Shown here one piece after another: positions 1 to 8,900 of a stretch of DNA of 11,479 nucleotides. The translations under genes were made by a program, and so were the position numbers. How positions within the stretch are numbered: position 1 is the stretch's first letter; the number at the start of each line of letters is the position of its first letter. This stretch comes from Azolla caroliniana (lineage: Eukaryota > Plantae > Polypodiophyta). The notes beneath the pieces were generated by a model, which searched no databases, had not been told where the DNA came from, and worked only from the letters and a program-made list of their open reading frames with translations. The DNA lies in contig JBHGNT010001155.1 of NCBI GenBank assembly GCA_043228905.1, positions 1 through 11,479 on the forward strand, given 5' to 3'.

Positions 1-915
1 AAGGAAATGGGTTACGCATGGAGCATCTAACCAAAGATGCAGGTGGTTGGATATATTCAAGTTTCCATGAATTTGCTGCATTAGCATGTTTCTTATAGTA
101 ATCCCTTTGCATACTTTGATATTTGGTGACCTGATAGATGACCTTGTTGCATCACATAGCATACAATTGCTATGTTGAAGCTAAGACGTCCGATCCATAG
201 TAAACAAGTGATTTCTCAATCCAATCACTTATTTTTAAGAATATGATCCTTGGCCTCATTCCAAGCCCACCCGTGTCGTGAGTTCCATGGGTTCTGTCAT
301 TTTTATGACTTTGGTGCTATTGTGTAAACTATTGAGCCAATAACCTAGTGTGCTCTTTAAGAAAAACTCTACTTACAACAATCATGATGCGGAAACATAT
401 TCTAGATATGCCATGTTCAAACACGGCCATCTCACTCCAATTGAGATTATTAGAATTTGAGGGAACCCCCCTAGACAAATAAAGAGCAAGAGAGAAAGCT
501 TCTTCAACTTTGGTTTGTTAAATGAAATAAATGTCACCCTTTCACTAGGTTTTCGATTCAGGGTCAGAGCTTTACCATGCCCATCATGAAGATTATAGTT
601 AACTTAACTACCTTAGATATTAGAGTTTGTGGTCCAATTAGAGTGTGAGTAATGGGTTTGTGTTTGAGGGTCTTGATTACAACGTTTACGTAAGTTGAAA
701 GAAGGTTTGAATTGTTATATCTCATGAATCACAATTGAGCTCTACGGTCACCTTAACCTTAAGTGTATATTAGTTGTAATAGTATTGTAGTTTTGTCACA
801 AACCAGTTCACAAACCGGTTTAGGGATAGGTTTGGTTTGGTTTGGCTCAGGTTTAAGAACCCCAAAATGGTTTAGGCTTAACCAGTTTGGTTTGGTGATG
901 GATGTGCGTCAACTC

Positions 916-1135
916 TCACCATGATTTATCAAAGGGTGGCATGTTCAATGAAGTGTGACATATTTATCTTTGATGTGCTGTTCAGCAAGTATCCACTGTT
1001 GGCCTCTTTGCAGATGCTTACTATATAATGCCATAAATGTGGAAAACAAATAACACTATCCTCGCGAGCCATTTGTTGAAGGTATATGTGCTCAGTGAAG
1101 AGTGACATATTTTTCTTTGATGTGCGCACATTAAC
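916..1135 (+). pseudogene. Two degenerate copies of a receptor-like-kinase subdomain IX-like segment
   Basis: 942-978 and 1089-1125 are a 37-bp direct repeat translating CSMKCDIFIFDV and CSVKSDIFFFDV, compared with RLK FS.KSD(V/I)FSFGV. The first is preceded by SP*FIKG (compare SPEY..xG). Confidence 0.4.
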
Positions 1136-1349
1136 TCTTATTTGATATAGTTTGGCAAATTCTGTCCACCCCTAAGTAATATCTAGTTGATCATCGTAAG
1201 AATTTGCTAGTAAACAGATTACTGTTTGACCACTATGGACCATGTAGATATCATCATGTATGCCAATTTCTAAACTCAATTACCAAGTTGTGAGGTGGGT
1301 TAAAGTCACTTGAACTGAAGGTCCATAAGACCTCAAGGTTTTGGTGTCT

Positions 1350-1760
1350 GGATGGCTAAATCTGTTTGGACTGTCGCAAACAGAGGTACAGTATTGGACA
1401 AGTCCTCCGGAGTTTGTCCCAATAACCCCAATGGGCAGCATTATATGGGCATTTTAGCACCAAAGGGTCATTGGATTGGATTGGATTGAGTATAGCTGAT
1501 CTAGGAGAGTTCAGAGTGAGCAACATGAGCATGGTTGGAGAGGTCCAAAGCTTAGTGAGACAAGCAAAAATTGTTGAAGCTCGGACAGATATCGTGGAGA
1601 AATTGCTAGACAATCATGCATTGTTTTGCTCATAAATTGAGCTTGAGATATCAGTGTTGAGAAAAATGGATATGGAAGGCTGGCAGTGTGTACGACACAT
1701 GCTTTGTAAAAGTAATCAACTTATAATTTATTGTGCAAATTTGTCAAACATGTTCCTGAA
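1350..1760 (+). pseudogene. Probable RNase H-like domain relic of a plant L1 LINE
   Basis: Motifs in the expected order across frameshifts: GWLNL, NNP..., GIL..KGHWIG, ADL, IVEARTDIVEKLL, WQCVRHMLCKSNQLIIYCANL. Compare GW.KLN.DG, GNPG, GG..RD..G.WI.GF, AEL, IVESDS..VV.LI, W.V.HIYRE.NQ.AD..AN. Confidence 0.5.
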
Positions 1761-1914
1761 TAGACTACACAATAGACTACACAATTTGTAAATTTTCACA
1801 AATTAGATGGTACAGATTTTACTTTTTGGAAGAGACAAATCCAAACTGTCCTCATCTAAGGGAGCAAACAGAGCAGAGCCATTAACGAGAGTCAAGCATG
1901 GAGAGGTGGACTGT

Positions 1915-2220
1915 AATGATTGGAAGAATGGAATGCTTTCAAGAGAACCACTATCCAACTATATCTCGCAGACTACGTCTTGATGTGGCGGACATGTGGG
2001 CTATGTATGTAATCCATATTGACGATCTTCTCAGAAATGCTATGCAACGACTACGAAAAGAAGCTGGCAATTACAAATGCTTCAATTTCACATGACAGGG
2101 TACATTGAATCTACAAGATGTAGTCGAATAATGGAGCTTGTGTTCATCCCAAGCATCCAACTATTGACAATCGTCAATTTTCATATCCTTTGCCTTCATA
2201 CCCTTCAAAATGGCCATGTG
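1915..2220 (+). pseudogene. Probable copia gag (UBN2-type) relic
   Basis: Frame-hopping translation EEWNAFKRTTIQLYLADYVL...TCGLC...YEKK...LQFHMTG...SRIMEL...SYPSKW resembles copia gag EEW...STIQL.LAD.VL...GLW..L...Y..K...L..L.M.EG...SLP.SW. Confidence 0.5.
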
Positions 2221-2445
2221 TGTCTAATTAAATGTGGAGCTCTTAGGTTTCTCCAAAATATTAAATTTATTCCATTAATTTTGACAGCAATATAGACATT
2301 ATACACTGATTGGACACTACTTTTATTTGTCAACTGTATGGTTGGTTTCAGCAAAATGTTTTGTAAACTTGTGCAACAAAATTCAAAGTTCATTTGATAG
2401 TGTCTACTGTTAGCTGCTGATTGCTTGGCAGTAAATTTCGATAAA

Positions 2446-3342
2446 ACTGGAAGGGTGACCTTTCAAGAAATCCCTCTAACAATTGGTATCACAACAAGAT
2501 TGATTGAACAATGGTTAATTGATTTTCTTATCCCTCTAGCTATTTTGTTACAAATCTGAAATTTCTGAGAAATGGTATGTATCTCTATGTTTCTCTGTGA
2601 AAAACTGTTTTAGTTTTGTCTGTTCAAATTTGATTTCTGATCCTATGTTTCGACAGTCTTCCTCACAAGTGGCCAAGTCTTCGAGTTTGTCGTGCAGCTA
2701 GTGCTCTAGCAGTAGTATCAGCAATTGTGGAGGCAAGTGGCCAAATAACACAAACACCCACTGGTTGTCAGTTTTTGTCCATATCCAAGGAATGTTCTAG
2801 TTGTTAAGTTGGTTCAAGCAAGCTAGGACGGAGGTTTCTAATACCTTGAGATTTTGGGGTCATGCATAGAGAAATCTTGGATGAGTGACCTCTCGGGCAG
2901 TTTTCCCCCCCAACATCTGTATGAATCCTTCCTTTAACAAGCTAATGTAATCTCTCAAAAAAGAAAGAAAGAAGGTTTTATTAATCTTTAGATTTTCATA
3001 GAGAAACTGCCATTTTGTTAGAAACCTGAACTTTCCTAGAAATGTCACCTTTATGTTTTTCTGTAAAAATCTGTCTAGATATGGCTGTTCAAATTTGCTT
3101 TCTGATTTGATTGTTGGTGCATGCAAAGTTTCTACAGTCTTCCCTCACTACTGCCCTGTTTGTTTCAATATAATGACATATGTGACCATCTATTTTATAT
3201 GCTGTATCAAAGAGTCTTCAAGTTTGTCTGCAGCTTTAGTGTCTCTCTAGCAGAAGTATCATAAAGTGGACAAATAGCTCAAACTCCTACTGATCTTCAG
3301 TTTTTTCAATATCCAATGGGCAACAGATTCTATATTAAGCTT
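2446..3342. repeat. Old diverged tandem duplication (copy A ~2446-2810, copy B ~2875-3342)
   Basis: Collinear shared blocks with indels: gg..g.gtgacct, ttttgtta.aaa.ctgaa.tt, ctgttcaaatttg.tttctga, gtttc.acagtcttcc, agtcttc.agtttgtc, ctctagcag.agtatca, aagtgg.caaata, atatccaa. Confidence 0.85.
2478..2495 (+). mobile_element. Possible LTR end (AACA) plus tRNA-iMet primer-binding site
   Basis: aaca-at-TGGTATCACAAC versus canonical TGGTATCAGAGC (10/12), with the usual 2-nt spacer. Confidence 0.45.
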
Positions 3343-3654
3343 CCTCTGTTGCATCTAGTCTTCTTCATTCTGTGTCTTGATTAAGCCCTTTGTCCTTGTC
3401 ACGTGCTAAGATTCAAAAGGACATGAACATGAACTAGCTTGTTCTTTCAATTGAAGCGCACATTTATGGATAAGAAGATGATGCTTCCTATATTAATAGG
3501 AGAGATTTACAAAGTAATGCTTTGTAAGAAGAAACATGTTGGTCCTTGGGATATTTCAAAAACCTCTGAATTTAGTCAATTGGATTTTAGAAGACAACTC
3601 ACAAAAAAGACCATTACAATTCTTATTTTAATAAGAGAGATTTACAATTTCTAA
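3316..3654 (+). pseudogene. Possible 5' fragment of an LRR receptor-like protein/kinase pseudogene (signal peptide + LRR N-cap)
   Basis: One frame from ATG 3316 reads MGNRFYIKLPLLHLVFFILCLD*ALCPCHVLRFKRT*T*TSLFFQLKRTFMDKKMML. It has a signal-peptide-like hydrophobic stretch, then an ER.ALLQLK..F.D....L-like motif, and three in-frame stops. Confidence 0.35.
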
Positions 3655-3998
3655 TATTCAGCACCATCAGATTTGCAGATTTCCAAATTTGTTGGGCTTA
3701 CAATCCTAACATTAGTAGTATATGAGGAAAAAACAAGCTTTCCCATAGTTTTGCACATTTCCTAGTCTAGGATGCAATAGTGATGAAATGAGGGTTGGTA
3801 TCGTTGATACAATTAGACCTTGCTTGATATTGATGAGTGAAGATAGTTAGCTATGCAATCACCAGATTCTATTAATACATCACCTTATCAATTTGTGTTG
3901 CGAAAGAGTGTAAAATATCATCAATTGACAACAAAGCACAATGGAAATAGAATTGTTTTCTTTTCCTTTAATTATCACCGCTAAGGCAACATAATTGA

Positions 3999-4440
3999 CA
4001 TGAATATGTTACTTACAGATGGGGGGAGAGCCACAAAACTTCAAAGAACTTGTGGCACATGATCAGAAGGATAAATGATTTGAGGCCATGGTAGATGTGA
4101 TGAAGTCTTTGTAGGATAATCACACCTATGATTTGGTAAAGCTGCATAAGGGCAGTAGAATGCTGAAAAACAAATGGGTTTATGAGCTGAAGATTGAGGA
4201 ACATTGCGTGCAACCTAGGTACAAGGGAAGTGTAATTGTGAAGGGGCTCAATCAACAAAAGTGCGTTGCTTTTGAGGAAATTGGAATTGCGTTGTCTTCA
4301 TCAAAGTTGTGTTTGGAATCGCAGCCAATTTGAATAAGGGATTGAACAACTTGATGTGAGGAATTTACGTGTAGCAACTTGAGGGGTTCGGAGTCAAAGG
4401 GAAAGGAAACCTAACATGCAGGTTATAGAAGAGTTTGTAC
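3999..4440 (+). pseudogene. Copia RT N-terminal part
   Basis: With stops and frameshifts: EPQNFKELVAHDQKDK*FEAMVDVMKSL*DNHTYDLVKLHKGSRMLKNKWVYELK...RYKGSVIVKGLNQQKCVAFEEI...EQLDV...QLEGFGVKGKGNLTCRL*KSLY. This follows copia KWVFK / RYKARLVVKG / QLDV / KSLYGLKQ. Confidence 0.92.
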
Positions 4441-5292
4441 AACCCTTAAACCCAACTCATCTAGAAACTTCAACCACAAAAATTCTTTACAAGCTTCTTT
4501 AGCAACAATATATTCTACCTCTTTGGTGGATAATGCCACATATTTTTGAAGTGTTCGTTGCAAAGAGACAACCCCTCTTGCAAAGATTATTAAATACTCG
4601 GATGTGGACTTTCTAGAGTCAATGTCACTTGCATTGTCTACATCTGCCTATCCATCTAGTACAATCTAGTTATAACTAAATTTAAGACAAACTCTAGAAG
4701 TGCCTTTGAGATATTGCAAAATCCATTTCATTGCTTCCCAATTATCTCTACCAAGATGAAAGAGCAACCAACTGTCCACACCAATTCCATGAGCAATGTT
4801 AAGTCTCATGCATGCCATAGTTTACATCAAACTACCAACTACAGAAGTATATGGTACCTTTTTCATTTTATATTGCTCTTTCTCACTTGTAGGGCACAAA
4901 TTGGAATTGGGTTTAAAGTGACTTACAAGTGAGTACCAAACTACCTTACATTTAACCCATGTTGAATTACTCAAGAACTTTTTCAATGTATTTTTCTTGA
5001 GATGACGCAAGGCTATTGTTGGCCCTATCCTTGATTATCATCATTCCAAGGATTTGCTTAGTTGGTCCTAGGTCCTTCATATCAACAAACTTGTCAATCT
5101 CTCTTTTCAATTTCTCAATCTTGTTGTTATCTTGACCAACTATCAACATATCATCAACATACAAGAGGAGAACGATGAGATCACCACTTGAGAACTTCTT
5201 GAACAACACACAATAATTTGAGTTAGACTTGTTGTATTCATGATCTAACCCAAATGAGTGAAATTTCTTGTACCAACATCTAGAAGCTTATT
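4441..5292 (-). pseudogene. Copia RT core and RNase H N-terminal part (inverted segment)
   Basis: Minus strand reads ASRCWYKKF...LLLYVDDMLIVG...MKDLGPTKQILGM...SQEKYIEKVL...KVPYTSVVGSLM...WEAMKWILQYLKGTS...DSRKSTS...VALSTKEVEY...EACKEFLWL..ELGL. The YVDD catalytic motif is present (track ORFs 4967..5209 and 4822..5010). Confidence 0.95.
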
Positions 5293-5490
5293 ATTTGCAT
5301 TGGTGCTATATACATTATGCAAGAACTCTACTTTCTATTCTAGGTCTAGACACATTGATGTGAAGTCATGTTGGATTTGGGATGTCCATCGAATAAAAGC
5401 ACATGCACATTGAGAAGGTTCATGCTCATGGGAATGGTTCCAACATGATGATAAAGTGTTTGTGAAGAGAGCAGCTTGAAGCTTGTTGTG
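5293..5490 (+). pseudogene. Copia RNase H C-terminal part
   Basis: CKNSTFYSRSRHIDVKSCWIWDV...IEKVHAHGNGSNMMIKCL, matching copia KN..FH.R.KHIDVRYHWIR...EK.HT..N..DM.TK.L. Confidence 0.9.
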
Positions 5491-5505
5491 TCCCCCACTT
5501 GAGAT

Positions 5506-5530
5506 GGAGGGGGAGAACTTTGTGGTTTTT
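5506..5530 (+). mobile_element. Polypurine tract and start of 3' LTR of the copia element
   Basis: GGAGGGGGAGA (5506-5516) directly follows the end of pol, then a short spacer and TG at 5521. The right end of the LTR is not identifiable. Confidence 0.75.
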
Positions 5531-5966
5531 ACCACTCAAGTGTCCTCACTATTTGTGGTTTGATAGATGTAGACAAAACATTGACATGTCTATGTAAAAA
5601 ATTTGGGTGTTGTCAAGTTTGCATACACCACATTAAACTCCATGGCACCTAAAAACTCCATCTAATATTTTGATACTTTTCCCTTTATTTGTGCCTTTTT
5701 CTGTCCATGTAAGAACTTACTAATTTTATCAGTAAAGTGTCTCTTTATTAATTCTCAAGGTTTTGTTTCACCTAGTTTTTCTGTTTTAGAAGCATCACTA
5801 TCATAAACTATGGACAACGATGTTTTTGGTTACAAATAACTTTATTAGAGAAAATAACATAGATTACAACCTTATCATGACTTTTACAAATTTGACAAGT
5901 GAATTTACAAATGTATTTAGGAGATTATGCAAGATTTGAGATCAATAGCTGAACTTCTTATTTATT

Positions 5967-5977
5967 TTAATGTGGCC
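5967..5977 (-). CDS. C2 gene terminal coding exon 6 (G-P-H-stop)
   Basis: Strong minus-strand acceptor ttttctttttcttttctctctatttgcag|GG CCA CAT TAA. It completes the phase-1 codon of exon 5, and AATAAA follows at once (plus-strand tttatt 5961-5966). Confidence 0.72.
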
Positions 5978-8900
5978 CTGCAAATAGAGAGAAAAGAAAA
6001 AGAAAATCTCAAAAGTTGTATAAAAAGTCAATTAATGTAGGAGAAAGAGAGAATCTAATCGATGCAAAATTGAAGGAAAAATTTTAGGGAAAAGTACCAG
6101 GATACCCTTGGAAGTTCTTCTATTTACCAGAATGCCCTGAAATTTTTAAATTTACCAAACTACCCCTATATCCAAAAAATTACATTTTATAAAGTAATTA
6201 TACACTCAAATCTACAAGCCCTATTGACCAAAGATGGAAGAAATGGACCCAAACTAGCCCTATTTACCAAAGATTTGAGTGTATAATTACTTTATAAAGT
6301 GTAATTTTTTGGACATACGGGTAGTATGGTAAATTTGGAACTTCTAGGGGCATTATGGTAAATAGACGAACTTCCAAGGGTATCATGGTACTTTTCCCAA
6401 AAAAATACAAGTAGAAGAAAGAGAAAATCGAAACAAGATCGTGAAAAATGTAAAGAAACAAGGGTATAACCAATGTGATGTAACTTGATTCCAATGAAGG
6501 AGATGCGTGCATAACATGACAATGACACACAAATTAATGTTTAGAATAATGTCATATGAGTAGATTTTAGTGAAACAAGGGTATAACCAATGTGATGTAA
6601 CTTGATTCCATATAAGGACTTGCGCATAATGTGGCAACTACACACAGATTGATGTCAAGAATAATGTCATATGAATAGATTATAAAGAAACAAGGGTATA
6701 ACCAATGTGATGTAACTTGATTCCAATTAAGGACTTGTGTGCATAACGTGGCAACTACACACATGTTAATGTCAAGAATCATGTCATATGAATAGATTAT
6801 ACACATACGTTTAAGTTGAGAATAATCTATTTGTGCACAATTTAATGTCTAACCATTTGTAAAATTTGTCATATGAATGAACTAATATTGAACGGTTAAA
6901 GAAGATTAATATGAGACATCGTGATGATGATGCATATAATATTGTTACACATGAATTATTGTCAAGAATGAATTATAATTAGTACATGTGTGACACTAGA
7001 TCAAGTCAATAGTGTAAATGTCAAGAATAGGGTCCATATCATATTTGCGCACATGAATTATGTACTCCAATGCCAAGAATGAATTATACTTACTACTTAG
7101 TACATGTGTGAAACTAGATCAAGTCAATAGTGTTAATGTCAAGAATCATGCTCATATCATAGTCAAAACTCAGTGACTATAACATGGTTATGGTAATACG
7201 TATACTATGTGTGCTACATATTGATGTGAAGAATCATGTGTGCACATATATCAATGCCAAGAATCATGGTTATTTTCTATGTGTCATGTAAATCCACATT
7301 GTTTGACATAGAAATTGATAGATTAATGCCAAGAATAATGGGAAAAAACGCAATAGAAGATTAACCAAATATAAATTAAAACAAAACTTATGACACAACG
7401 GAAAATAATTACCTGGGTAAGGTGGATTGTAGTATGGAGCTGAAGGATAAGGTGTTGGAGGGTATGGTCCCGAATTAGGATAAGGTGTTGGAGGGTATGG
7501 TGTGGAATTAGGATAAGGTGTTGGAGGGTATGGTGCCGAATTAGGATAAGGTGTTGGAGGGTATGCCGCCGAATTATGATAAGGTGGATATCCTAGATGA
7601 TAATTGTATGGATATGGTGCCGGTGCCGGTAGAGGTGGGTATGAGTTAGGTGGGGCATAATTATAGGATGTGGAGGTATTAGCATAACTAGTTGGTTTAT
7701 GTTTCTTGTAGTGCATTATCACCCTCACTTCCCCTGATGTCCTATAATAATGTTATCACAATTACCACAAATATAAAAGTCAATATCATCATTAACGACA
7801 AATTTAACAAAAGATATGTTGTGAGATCCCACTTCTTTACATATCTTCACATGGATCATTGAATGTACAACGGTACTTATCATTAGTGCAAGGTTAAATA
7901 AAGAAGGGCATGTTGAACTCATGGTGAATTGATTGGACATGGGGTCTGAATAAGACATGGGTTTTGCATCATTTTATGGACGAGGTCTTGACCATGTAAA
8001 TGTGATTAAACCCATGGCAATCAATAGTTGCATATATGTTACTATCACAATCTTAATTTTAATGTGATTGGGAATGGATTATATACGTAACATAATTTAG
8101 TTGTCTCATACATACAAACATATCTTGTTAACAAGTTAAGTTGTGGACTAGCACATAGTTGTAATTAGAAAATAGAATTATAGAACAAAACGTAATTAGA
8201 ACTAACCTTCCATGTCTACTAGATATAGTCCATGGTGAATCTTGATAACCTTCGGATAAGACTCTTTGCAACAATATCCTATATATATTGAAAAGAATGT
8301 TCAAACTTGTTTAAAAACATCATTAAGTTGGTTCAATAAATTAGCAATCAACCTATCATTTATCAAAGTTGTACCCTAACAACACCTCATTCACTTGCAA
8401 AAAACTCGAATCAGAATTTTGCATTTGCAATTTGAAATATTATGATTATGAGAATAAAAACTCCAACTTAAAATTACAAACGTTCTCGTGCATGAAAAAC
8501 AAAGTAGGCCCCATCATAAGAGAAATATTTTCTTTAAAAATAGGGCAAAAATTCAAGATAATTCAGGGTTAATACATAAATATAATGTTATTATTATTGG
8601 AACATTTTTCAAATAAAAGCATATGCATATGCACTAAAGCTATCAAAACATCATATAAGATTTTAGACATACTTTCCTGAACCGATAAAATCATCAAGGG
8701 CCAATGTGTTGCTGTTCCATACGGAAATATTGATTTCAGGTAGGCCTTGAATGACTATGAAGGAATATTTCTCATTGAATCGAGGGTTTCTTCCACCATC
8801 TAGTAGAATATCCACACATGAGGATTGTTAGCTATATATCAAGATTGCAAAACAATATTTGAAACATGATCCAAAAGTACAATCACTATAAAGCTCATGA

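Larger units (their letters stand above)
3999..5520 (+). mobile_element. Degenerate Ty1/copia (Tnt1/Tork-like) pol 3' half: RT + RNase H + PPT, with the central ~850 bp inverted
   Basis: Three collinear pieces (+, -, +) together rebuild a Tnt1-like RT-RNase H with many stops and frameshifts; see sub-features. Confidence 0.92.

Noticed and set aside
818-824. Telomeric TTTAGGG
   Set aside because: It is a single heptamer, not an array.
2300-2481. 5' LTR partner of the LTR starting at 5521
   Set aside because: I saw no convincing similarity to 5521-5900 by eye.
6264-6806. Four overlapping minus-strand ORFs in the track
   Set aside because: They are chance frames across the MITE arm and tandem repeat inside intron 5, with no recognisable domains.
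6451-7336. CRISPR-like repeat/spacer appearance
   Set aside because: The sequence between conserved blocks is also homologous between units, there are no cas genes, and the context is a plant intron. These are tandem repeats.
7270-7728. Stand-alone 152-aa extensin/proline-rich gene
   Set aside because: It has no signal peptide or SPPPP motifs. It is exon 5 of the C2 gene with flanking splice sites, and the last 46 codons are intronic.
8673-8799. Asn instead of Asp at two C2 loop-3 Ca2+ ligand positions (WNSN) as a novelty
   Set aside because: As recalled, WNSN is normal for this plant C2 subfamily.
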